Source: Candidatus Latescibacterota bacterium
GTDB taxonomy: Bacteria; Latescibacterota; UBA2968
Length of the DNA stretch: 64,000 nt
NCBI GenBank assembly: GCA_965204375.1
Contig: OZ241986.1
Span: 5,984,001 to 6,048,000, forward strand
Direction: 5' to 3'
This document shows positions 9,479-18,111 of the stretch, piece by piece. The position numbers were made by a program, and so were the translations under genes. The notes beneath the pieces are model-generated. The model was not told the DNA's origin and ran no database searches. It was given only the letters and a program-made list of their open reading frames with translations. Positions within the stretch are counted from its first letter, which is position 1, and each line of letters starts with the position of its first letter.

Positions 9479-10437
9479 CACGGGGTTGTGATTAACCGAT
9501 ACAGATTGGGGATTGTCTCCCGGTGGTCGCCCTGGATATAATAGCTTTCTCCGCCGTCGCGCACGGTGCGGACGAGGATGGTTTTGAAGGGGCGGTAGTA
9601 GTAGCGGGGGTCGGTTTTGGGAGCTTCGGTGTCGAGGTCGTCGCCGAGGGGGATGAGGTCGAAGACTGCTGTGGTAAATCTGGCGATGCTGCGGTCTTCC
9701 TGGCGGGCGACATTGCGGGCCATGGCGAGGGCTTTGAGATAGACTTCAGGTCCCATGATGGCCGTGCCGATGTTGAGGAGGACGCCGCCTTCGAGGTGGG
9801 AGATGGATTCTGTGAAAATTAAGAAGTCGGTGTAGGTGCTCGCGCCAATCGCTGCACCGTCGCAGTTGGGGTGTTCGTGGACGATGTCATAACCGATGCT
9901 GACGTGTGTGGTGATGGGGATATCGAGTCGGACAGCAGCGGCAAAAATACTGATGTCTTTGTGTGGGTAATTGCTTTCGAGGATGTTGCGCCCAACGGCT
10001 TCGCCCAGTCCAATGCTTTTTTGCGCCGCTGTTTGGGCAATGAGGTTGAGGTCGCCTGTTTCTGTCCACAGTCCAAATTCTCCGGTGCGGATATATTTGC
10101 CCACGCTTTCGGTGGTTGCGCCGATGCGGGCAAATTCGTAGTCGTGAATGGCACAGGCGCCATTGCCCGCAATATGGGTGATGAGGCCGCGTTCCATCAG
10201 GTCGATGAGATAGCGCGCGGCACCGGCGCGAATGACGTGTGCGCCGATCATGAATATGACCGCACAATTGTTTTGTCTGGCGCGTACTATTCGATCTGCG
10301 ACAATGGGAAGGTTGGGGTTGTCAAAGGGAGGTATTGGCGCGTTGAGGTCGGGAATTTGGTCGATAGAGAGGTCGTGTTCCCGCTGGTTGAGGGGGCGGA
10401 GTTTGAGTTTGGAGCGGTCGAAGGTTTTGTAAGGCAT
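9460..10437 (-). CDS. Deoxyhypusine-synthase-like fold protein (GSU2086-like family)
   Basis: MIGAHVIRAG..LITHIAGNGACAIHDYE..IGYDIVHEHP..GGVLLNIGTAIMGPEVYLKAL. Confidence 0.7.
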   Translation of the reverse strand: MPYKTFDRSKLKLRPLNQREHDLSIDQIPDLNAPIPPFDNPNLPIVADRIVRARQNNCAVIFMIGAHVIRAGAARYLIDLMERGLITHIAGNGACAIHDYEFARIGATTESVGKYIRTGEFGLWTETGDLNLIAQTAAQKSIGLGEAVGRNILESNYPHKDISIFAAAVRLDIPITTHVSIGYDIVHEHPNCDGAAIGASTYTDFLIFTESISHLEGGVLLNIGTAIMGPEVYLKALAMARNVARQEDRSIARFTTAVFDLIPLGDDLDTEAPKTDPRYYYRPFKTILVRTVRDGGESYYIQGDHRETIPNLYRLITTPCVDELA

Positions 10438-10447
10438 GTTCGCGGTT

Positions 10448-11170
10448 CTAAATGTATTGATATGCTTTCATGGCGGGATGTAAGAACTCAAAATCATGGA
10501 CGCCATCATCGGTTTTCCACCTGCCTACGGAATCGGAGCGTACGATTACTTTGCCCAATGGAAATCCGAGGAATTTCTCTACCCGCGCAAATGTCTCATC
10601 TTGATTTAATATCGCATCTTCAAATCGCACGGTGATGCAGTGTTTGGGCACGGGCGTGGATTTCATGATTTCATACTGATACAACCAGGAAATTGCCCGC
10701 CGTTCGCGTATGTCATCTGTGTGCGGATATTGAATATCGAAGTCGCGCAAATCATCTGTTTTGTGTCCACTCAAAATACAATCGCGCGGGTCGCGTACCC
10801 AGTGAATGTATTTTGCATCGGGAAACATGCGTACAATCCACGGATAGACCAGTGTGGTTTCGGGTAATTTCCATCCGTAGTTCTCGTACCGATTTCTGGG
10901 GGGAAGCACGTCTTGCAAATAGGTTTCGACGAGGTGGATGAATTTGGGATCAATGTCCATGGTATGCAAGGCATCAAAATCCCACGATAGGTCGCCATTC
11001 CATTTCACGTATTTTGCCATTACGCGGCACGCATCGTACAGCGCCTGGGGGGGCATTTTATCGCCCGATGCATTGATCAAGCGCCCCATGTACATACCGC
11101 TGGCATAGAGCGTGTGGGAGATCAACCGCGTGCCCGAATGCCCACGTCCGATAACTGTGACTAACGACAA
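10448..11170 (-). CDS. Sulfotransferase family protein
   Basis: PAPS loop GRGHSGT, GWKLP, HWVRDPRD, VRFED. Confidence 0.85.
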   Translation of the reverse strand: MSLVTVIGRGHSGTRLISHTLYASGMYMGRLINASGDKMPPQALYDACRVMAKYVKWNGDLSWDFDALHTMDIDPKFIHLVETYLQDVLPPRNRYENYGWKLPETTLVYPWIVRMFPDAKYIHWVRDPRDCILSGHKTDDLRDFDIQYPHTDDIRERRAISWLYQYEIMKSTPVPKHCITVRFEDAILNQDETFARVEKFLGFPLGKVIVRSDSVGRWKTDDGVHDFEFLHPAMKAYQYI

Positions 11171-11182
11171 GGTTCTTTCTCC

Positions 11183-12013
11183 TTATAGTTTTTGTTCAAA
11201 CTCGTTTTTTATGCGAATTTTGTCGGCTGCATTTCCAAAGCCCAGGCTGAACCATCCTTCGTAGCCCATGGCATTTAAGCGTTTGAAGAGTGCGCCAAAA
11301 TCGATGGTTCCTTCCCCGGGTACCAGGTGTATTTCATAATCGCCATTGTTGTCATTTACGCGTACCTGGCCGATGTTATCTACGCCAAAGGTATCGAGAA
11401 ATCCATCCCAACCCTCGGGCACGAGATGTCCGTGCGCGACGTTGAAAGCCCACTTGAAGTGATCGGATTGAATAGCATCAAAAAACCATTGCGTTTCTTC
11501 GACATTGTGCGGCAAATAGTGAATTTCGGCGTGTTTGGGTTCCAGGTTGTGATTTTCAAAATAGATCGCTACGTCGGTTTTTTCCGCCCGATGTACCAGT
11601 CGTTTCATGCGTTCTATGGCAGCATCTCGGCGCGAGGCTATATCGCCAAAGTGATAGCCCCCATGGCCGACGATCCAGCCGCATCCCAACTGGACCGCCA
11701 GATCAAAATTGGCGTTTACATAGACATCGACGGCCTCGGATAAAATTGGGACATATTCGGCATTGTTAATGGCGGAGGAGGGATGGATGCCGATTTGCAC
11801 TGCGTGTTTTTCACACAGGTCTCGAATGTGTTTTATGCGTGTATTGTCAAAAGAGGCGAGATTATTTGGGGGCATATCGGCCTGAAAGTCGATATAGCGA
11901 AATCCATTTTCCGCACCCCATACAATGCCTTCTTCAAGGGGTGTATTTTTGTCCATGTTGTAGCCAAATCGTCCGCTCACTATTGCCTCCATTATCAAAA
12001 AATCATTATCCAA
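11183..12013 (-). CDS. Sugar phosphate isomerase/epimerase (xylose isomerase-like TIM barrel); start uncertain
   Basis: IYFENH, FNVAHGH, HLVPGEGTIDF, GYEGWFSL. Confidence 0.8.
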   Translation of the reverse strand: MDNDFLIMEAIVSGRFGYNMDKNTPLEEGIVWGAENGFRYIDFQADMPPNNLASFDNTRIKHIRDLCEKHAVQIGIHPSSAINNAEYVPILSEAVDVYVNANFDLAVQLGCGWIVGHGGYHFGDIASRRDAAIERMKRLVHRAEKTDVAIYFENHNLEPKHAEIHYLPHNVEETQWFFDAIQSDHFKWAFNVAHGHLVPEGWDGFLDTFGVDNIGQVRVNDNNGDYEIHLVPGEGTIDFGALFKRLNAMGYEGWFSLGFGNAADKIRIKNEFEQKL

Positions 12014-13205
12014 TCAGTGCCTGGTACACCAGTGTCTTAAATTCAGCGCGAATGCGGTAGTAATTTGCGGGCATAAATTGCGTGAGCAATAGCCCGACGA
12101 GTTCTTCTTCATAATCGATCCAGAACGCAGTTGTTGCCGCGCCACCCCAGCGAAATGTTCCCACACTGCCGGGACCGCCAGCGGCTGCATCGAGCAAAAT
12201 TGCGCCTCCCAATCCAAAACCTTCACCCGATAAATTTGCCAGTCCCAAAGAAATGGGCATCAATTCGTCGGGCAAGTGGTTCATTGTCATCAATTCGACG
12301 GTTTTGCGCCCCAGCAACCGCACGCCTTGAAACGCGCCCCCATTGAGCATCATGTGGCAGAAGCGGATGTAATCAGAGGCTGTGGAGACCAATCCGCCCC
12401 CCCCAGAATAGAATTTTTGCGGACTGGAAAATTTGCTGGTCGTCGGGTCATCAATTACTCGAATCCCACCTTCTTGTGCCGGGCCGTAATTTGTTGCAAA
12501 CCGATGTCCCTGTCCCTCGCGTACCCAAAATTCCGTGTCTTCCATGCCCAGGGGATCTAAAATTCGCTCTCTGAAAAACGCATCGAGAGACATGCCGGAG
12601 ATAACTTCGACAAAGTGCCCGAGTACATCGGTCGATACGCTGTAGCGCCAGGCTGTACCCGGTTGATTCGCCAGGGGTAGCGTTGCCAGTGTTTGTACCA
12701 TTTCTTTTGTCGAATGGTCTGGCCGATTAATTTTTGCCTGATTATACATTTGTTCGACGGGCGAATTGCCCATAAAGCCATAAGTCAGCCCCGATGTGTG
12801 GGTCATCAAATGGCGAATCGTGATTTCTCGCTCCAGGTCCTCTGGCGGAGCGTCTGTACCGGCGAAGACTTGTACATCTTTTAATTCTGGAATAAAATCC
12901 GATACGGGGTCATCCAGTTGAAAAAGCCCCTCTTCAAAGAGCATCATGGCCGCGACAGTTGTGATGGGTTTGGTCATTGAATAAATCCGAAAGATCGTAT
13001 CGCGCGTTGTGGGTACTTTTTTGTCTTGCGTGCCAAAACATGAAAAATGCGCGATTTTGCCCTGCCGACAAACCATCGTTATAATGCTGACGAGTTTGTC
13101 TTCGTCGATATAGCGTTGCATCACGCGATTGATGCGGTGCAAGCGCGTAGCTGATAGTCCCACATCTTCTGGTGCAACAATGGGAAGTCCTGGATCACTG
13201 TTCAA
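12006..13205 (-). CDS. Serine hydrolase, beta-lactamase class C-like family
   Basis: FRIYSMTK (SxxK), LMTHTSGL, WRYS, SGGGGL, WGGAA. Confidence 0.9.
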   Translation of the reverse strand: MNSDPGLPIVAPEDVGLSATRLHRINRVMQRYIDEDKLVSIITMVCRQGKIAHFSCFGTQDKKVPTTRDTIFRIYSMTKPITTVAAMMLFEEGLFQLDDPVSDFIPELKDVQVFAGTDAPPEDLEREITIRHLMTHTSGLTYGFMGNSPVEQMYNQAKINRPDHSTKEMVQTLATLPLANQPGTAWRYSVSTDVLGHFVEVISGMSLDAFFRERILDPLGMEDTEFWVREGQGHRFATNYGPAQEGGIRVIDDPTTSKFSSPQKFYSGGGGLVSTASDYIRFCHMMLNGGAFQGVRLLGRKTVELMTMNHLPDELMPISLGLANLSGEGFGLGGAILLDAAAGGPGSVGTFRWGGAATTAFWIDYEEELVGLLLTQFMPANYYRIRAEFKTLVYQALIG

Positions 13206-13233
13206 AATTCGCTCCTTTCGGCAGAAGTATTTT

Positions 13234-14394
13234 TTAAGACGCTGTTCCGTTTAGTCCGGTCACGAGATCCGGCGGTATGGACGCTACGTGAATCTGGGGC
13301 TGTCCGCTCAGGTCGGAGGTGAATACCAGCCACCGCATATCCGGAGAGGCATAGGCGTGCGGATGCGCTTTTTTGACGAGAATTGAGGTGCGGGCGTCGC
13401 ATACGACCGCATTTTTTCCCGTCTGGATGGATCCCAGTATGAGCTTGCCGGATCCCTGCCAGTCATCGGCAAAAAAATACCGGCCGCACGGAGATGTCCC
13501 CAGGTGATTAAAACGGTACCCGCGCGAGACGACCCGGGGCGGTCCTCCGGCTTTTACTCCCAGCAGATTGCCCTTTTCGGGGGTGTAGTCGCCTTCTGCA
13601 AAATACCATTCTTCGGGGCTGTGTAGCCCCCGGGCGTTTGGGGCACGGACCGTGAGCAATATCTCGTTGGTTCCTGCAATCCACGCCTCGTGTCCCACGA
13701 TGCTGGGCGTATAAGGTTCCCCCACCTGCAACCGCGTCACCTTTCCGCTCGGGATATCCAGGAGAAATTCTGTGGCACCCTGCTCCCCGAAAATTATCGC
13801 CCTGGTACCGTCGGGCAACACCTTGCACCCCCGGTTGTGCTGTACCATAATTTGCTTGCCCCAGGTAGGCTCGAACTGAGTGTGTGGGTTACAAATATCC
13901 GGATCGGTGTGGATGAGATCCCGCGTGCCGGTCTTCAAATCCAGCAGTTCGATCCCGAACATCTGGGGTTCCAGGCTGAGGGTTACGCCGTAGGCATAGT
14001 AGCGCTCGTCGGGAGATACTGTGTCCATCCCCCGGTGCTGAAAATCTTCGGGAAATTCGAAGATCACCTCCCGTTCGCCCGTGGCCAGATCCACCCGCCG
14101 CAGTTCCAGGCATTTTCCCTCCTGTACGTGGCGGTAGTAAAAGATCCCGGTGTGGCTCATTCCCGGCGCTCGCAGCCCCTGTCCTATAACCTCACTCTTC
14201 CAGGTCCCGAATTCACAGGTCACATATTCATTATAATTCGGGCCGGGTTTCGGATTTTGCCGTTCGTACACAAAAACCCGGGAGTCCGCCGAACAATAGG
14301 GCTGTTCGCAGTAAATATTGGATTTTTCGAGTGGGTCGTCGGTGATCTGATAGACGACAGCGCCGTTTGCCTCTTCTTCAAGTGTTTTAGCCAT
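13234..14394 (-). CDS. Oligogalacturonate lyase-like beta-propeller protein
   Basis: CNPHTQFEP, VGHEAW, FNH, AHPHAYASPDMRWLVFTSDLSGQPQI. Confidence 0.7.
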   Translation of the reverse strand: MAKTLEEEANGAVVYQITDDPLEKSNIYCEQPYCSADSRVFVYERQNPKPGPNYNEYVTCEFGTWKSEVIGQGLRAPGMSHTGIFYYRHVQEGKCLELRRVDLATGEREVIFEFPEDFQHRGMDTVSPDERYYAYGVTLSLEPQMFGIELLDLKTGTRDLIHTDPDICNPHTQFEPTWGKQIMVQHNRGCKVLPDGTRAIIFGEQGATEFLLDIPSGKVTRLQVGEPYTPSIVGHEAWIAGTNEILLTVRAPNARGLHSPEEWYFAEGDYTPEKGNLLGVKAGGPPRVVSRGYRFNHLGTSPCGRYFFADDWQGSGKLILGSIQTGKNAVVCDARTSILVKKAHPHAYASPDMRWLVFTSDLSGQPQIHVASIPPDLVTGLNGTAS

Positions 14395-14444
14395 AGCTGG
14401 TCTCCTTTTCTATTGCCCTTCTGGTCCTGGCGGCCAACGTCCTG

Positions 14445-15596
14445 TTATGGCTCAATCAGATTGTCGTTAATATAGTCCCAGTTGAAATCAAATCCCAGAC
14501 CTGGTAGCTGGGGTAGGATGACATTGCCGTCATCATCCAGGGGATCTACAATGGAATTCAAATAGGGGGGTGGGGTTTCGTAGTCGAAGTCGGGGCGCAA
14601 GAGGCCGCGTTCGTAGTATTCACAGGTTGCTTCTGTTGTTGCGCCCAGGATTTGGCAGTTTGCCCATCCGCCATAGTGCATTTCGCACTGAATGCCGAAG
14701 GCCTGTGCCACATTCACCATTTTGTAGGATCCCGTGATGCCGCCATAGTTGTGATCGATGCGCAGCATGTCAGATGCGCCCTGGAGTACCCATTCGGCGC
14801 GTGTGAAGACGCCGCCGGGAATGTGTTCTGGCGAGAGAATGGCGATGTCCAGTTCGCGGGTCAATCGTCGGTATGCTTCTGTTCGCGTTTCTACCATGGG
14901 GTGTTCGAGCCAGTAGTAGTTCAGTTTTTCCAGTTGGCGGCCGACCCACAAAGATTGCTCCAGGGTATATACGCCGAAGGGATCAAGCATTAAGACCATG
15001 TCGTCGCCAACCGCTTCGCGCACGGCTTTGCATACTTCTATGTCTTCTTTGGGGAATCCGGGTACCTGTGGGGCAGGTTCCCAGGTGTGTGGGTTCCAGC
15101 AGATGTACGCGTGAACTTTGTAGGCTTTGTATCCCTGTTTTTTGCACTCAAGAGCATGTTCGGCATAATCTTCTGGTTTGCCGATGTTTGGATACGTGCT
15201 GGCATAAGCTTTTACTTTGTCGCGGGCACCGCCGAGGATTTTGTGAACGGGCAGGTCAACCATTCTGCCGAGCAGATCCCAAAGGGCGCAATCGACTGCG
15301 CCCATAACATGTTCGGGCAATGAATGACCGAAGGTGACGAGTTGGTCCATCCAGTTCCAGATGGTTTCACGGGATAGGGGATCTTCGCCGATTAACATGC
15401 GCTTGATCGGGCCTTCGAGGTATCGCCGGTCGCCACCGACCATATATCCTTCGAGGCCTTCATCTGTTACGATTTTGAAGATTGAGCTTGCCGACTCTTT
15501 TTGCTTTTCTCCCCAGACGCCGTAGCCCCACTTACTCGGTCGAGACCTGCCGCCTGGCGTGCGGAATGTAATCACTTCGATGTCTGTAATTTTCAT
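14445..15596 (-). CDS. Mandelate racemase/muconate lactonizing (enolase superfamily) enzyme
   Basis: AVDCALWDLLG, AYKVH, LMLDP, WLEHP, SPE, GGITG, PGLGFD. Confidence 0.9.
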   Translation of the reverse strand: MKITDIEVITFRTPGGRSRPSKWGYGVWGEKQKESASSIFKIVTDEGLEGYMVGGDRRYLEGPIKRMLIGEDPLSRETIWNWMDQLVTFGHSLPEHVMGAVDCALWDLLGRMVDLPVHKILGGARDKVKAYASTYPNIGKPEDYAEHALECKKQGYKAYKVHAYICWNPHTWEPAPQVPGFPKEDIEVCKAVREAVGDDMVLMLDPFGVYTLEQSLWVGRQLEKLNYYWLEHPMVETRTEAYRRLTRELDIAILSPEHIPGGVFTRAEWVLQGASDMLRIDHNYGGITGSYKMVNVAQAFGIQCEMHYGGWANCQILGATTEATCEYYERGLLRPDFDYETPPPYLNSIVDPLDDDGNVILPQLPGLGFDFNWDYINDNLIEP

Positions 15597-15747
15597 GGGG
15601 TCCTCAATTCAAAAGACGGAAAGGAATACAGATTACTCACGATGTTTCAAATTAGCTTCTTATACTGAAAAATCAAGGGTAGATTAACCCGTTTTAGATG
15701 TTGTTACGATTAATTGACACCGTCATAGGTAGCAACCACTTTGAAGC

Positions 15748-15776
15748 TTGACAATGTTTTTTTTTCAAGTCATACT
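15748..15776 (+). promoter_or_regulatory. Sigma70-type promoter with T9 tract in the spacer
   Basis: TTGACA (15748-53), 17-nt spacer atgtttttttttcaagt, CATACT (15771-76); points into the 16.0-20.8 kb operon. Confidence 0.6.
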
Positions 15777-16059
15777 TGGAATTAAGTTTATGCTTATTAT
15801 GAAGTTATTCAGACACTCAACAACATTCTGATACCCACTGGAAAAAGCGGTGCAGTGCTTATTCAGGCATCAGGTTGTAGAGATCAATGGTAAGAAAACT
15901 ACAGGCAAGCAAGACTTCTTTAGAGTCTTTATGAAAAGAAATGAGCAGTTTCTAAATGATAGAGGTAATAACAGGGGGTCTTGTACCTGCCGCCTTTCAC
16001 GCCAATGAAGGAGCTACAGGTGCGCGGAAAGTTTATCTTGAACAGATGGGCCTTAGACA

Positions 16060-16554
16060 TTGTTATTCATTATCAGAGACCCGTTCAGTGCTCATATTGA
16101 ACTGTATTGGGGAATCATTGGGCTGGTTGCCCAGTACCTTGATAAATCTGTAGAGGCATTGACGGCAGTAGTCCACGCCCACGAACTCGGACATGCGTAT
16201 ACGCATTTGGGTGCAGATATTGATGGACATCGGTGGGCTTCCCTTGATTTCTACAACAGTGATCATCCTCTAAAGGAAGGGCTTTCACAATATTACACGG
16301 ACTTGATTTGTCGCAGCCATAGCGAGAAGGTTCCCCAAGTTTACGAGACGTATGAAGCCCTTCTGGAACGTCAGCCGGAAGCTTATCGGACACACGTTCC
16401 CTGGACTGAGAAGTGTTCTCCTGAGGAAGTTCGATTTGCGCTGATCGAAATTCGGCGACACGGCCCCGGACATCTAAACACATTTGAGGAAGCCCTTGAT
16501 GAAGCCCATCACCGACTTCAGCAACGGACAGGAGTGGGCATTACTGCAAGTTAG
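16060..16554 (+). CDS. HExxH zinc-metallopeptidase-like protein (gluzincin-type), possibly 5'-truncated
   Basis: VHAHELGHAYTH plus downstream LKEGLSQYYT. TTG start with no RBS, and an in-frame TAG at 16054. Confidence 0.6.
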   Translation: MLFIIRDPFSAHIELYWGIIGLVAQYLDKSVEALTAVVHAHELGHAYTHLGADIDGHRWASLDFYNSDHPLKEGLSQYYTDLICRSHSEKVPQVYETYEALLERQPEAYRTHVPWTEKCSPEEVRFALIEIRRHGPGHLNTFEEALDEAHHRLQQRTGVGITAS

Positions 16555-16566
16555 GAAATCTGAATT

Positions 16567-18111
16567 ATGGATATATTCTGGAATTCTGGAGAAAGAGAGA
16601 AAGTCCAGGGATTGGACTTCCTGAATGTCCGAAGCATTGACCAGGCGATGGAAAAACAGTGGGTTGCTGGCATCACGACGATTTCACCCCGAACTCGATA
16701 TCTTTCCTTGCTACCCTGGGCGTTATCATTATACTATGAAAGAGAATTAAAAGCCCAAACGAGTGTTCAGTACGACTATCAGCATTTGCGTCATTTTTTG
16801 AGCCGCTTAGAAGTCATCATCCTCGCGGCTTCTTCTCTTACAAAACCTGGTGAAAGTATTCCCAAAACCACGAGTATCTTAGGTCGAGACACACACAAAA
16901 ACTTACTCTTGCAGTTACAAGATTCGGGATATGTAGAATTGGAACCGAATGGCGGTGGGGCGATTGCTCGGACATATGTCAGGCCCTGTCAGGGGTTTGA
17001 TATCTTGGAGAGCGGTGCCCCTATCAAATTGCTTGAGCGAGGACGAAAGCTATATGATGCAAAGCAGCGATTGCTGGTAGGATGTCCTTTTATTGACAAT
17101 CTCTTCACCGGAGGGAAAGTCACAGCCGAAGATATTCTCACTTGGCGAGATCATTTTTCTATCACGGGATTGCTATCGGCTGCTGGGACCGAAGAAAAGA
17201 ATTTGCTCGTATCGTTTTTTTTAACCTCCCAGAATCCACAAAATGAGCCTCATTACCAACGGTTCCGTGGCACATTAAAATGGATCCTGATGCGGGCTAG
17301 AGAGAACCCTTCATCTCCTGGGGATCTGATTGCTGAGGAATATAGTCAGTGTCTTGGAAATGGCTCAAATGCGAATTTAGAAGCAGTTCGGGTTGCTTGG
17401 GTGAATTACGAACTGCGTCGCCGAGGGCATTGGGGGCTTGAATTACTTCTCTCAGCCTTCAGTAACACACTCAAAACGCTTGTCACTGCCAATCTGGATG
17501 AGATTATCAGTGAGTGGATAGATGAAGATGAAATCCCGGAATATCTGCGTAGTGCCATAGCAATCCATAATACACCTTGGGAATTGTCTTGGAAGGAATT
17601 TCTTGCATCAATTCCTGAAAATCTGTTGCTACATAAAACGCCATCAACTGGTGAGTCCAGGAACTCCCGCCCACATATACAAGCCTTTTTAGGATTCTTG
17701 CTGGTTGTGTCTTGCTGGTGCCATTCACAACCTTGGCGTGAGAATAAATTGCTTCGGACTTTCGAGAAAGGACCTCTGGATTTCGCATTTGAAATTCTGG
17801 ATCAGGCTGGGGGGAAGTCTATTGTTGAGGTTCTGTCTCAGCTTGTAGGTGATTGCGCCGTTACACCTCATCTGCAAACGACATGGCGTAAGATGGGCAA
17901 TGGGCAGAAATGCTCACTCAGATTTTTTTGGGACGGAGAAGCCTTCAGATCAACGGGAACCATCACCATGCCTGGATTTAGCGGCGAAAGATTAGGCAAT
18001 GTAATGCGTATGCTGGCAGACTTAGGTCTGCTCACTTCCCCGCAGAAAGGGAAGTATACCACTACAGAAGCAGGCCAAGCTGTGCTTGCTGAATTGGAAA
18101 AGATAGGATGA
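16567..18111 (+). CDS. Hypothetical protein (GLDxL...GITTISPRxRY N-terminal motif), candidate defence component
   Basis: 514-aa ORF. C-terminal GFSGERLGNVMRMLADLGLL..YTTTEAG looks winged-helix-like. ATGA overlap with the next gene. Confidence 0.8.
   Translation: MDIFWNSGEREKVQGLDFLNVRSIDQAMEKQWVAGITTISPRTRYLSLLPWALSLYYERELKAQTSVQYDYQHLRHFLSRLEVIILAASSLTKPGESIPKTTSILGRDTHKNLLLQLQDSGYVELEPNGGGAIARTYVRPCQGFDILESGAPIKLLERGRKLYDAKQRLLVGCPFIDNLFTGGKVTAEDILTWRDHFSITGLLSAAGTEEKNLLVSFFLTSQNPQNEPHYQRFRGTLKWILMRARENPSSPGDLIAEEYSQCLGNGSNANLEAVRVAWVNYELRRRGHWGLELLLSAFSNTLKTLVTANLDEIISEWIDEDEIPEYLRSAIAIHNTPWELSWKEFLASIPENLLLHKTPSTGESRNSRPHIQAFLGFLLVVSCWCHSQPWRENKLLRTFEKGPLDFAFEILDQAGGKSIVEVLSQLVGDCAVTPHLQTTWRKMGNGQKCSLRFFWDGEAFRSTGTITMPGFSGERLGNVMRMLADLGLLTSPQKGKYTTTEAGQAVLAELEKIG

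Noticed and set aside
12006-13205. Beta-lactam resistance gene
   Set aside because: Generic SxxK serine hydrolase in a catabolic context with no signal peptide; resistance is unsupported.
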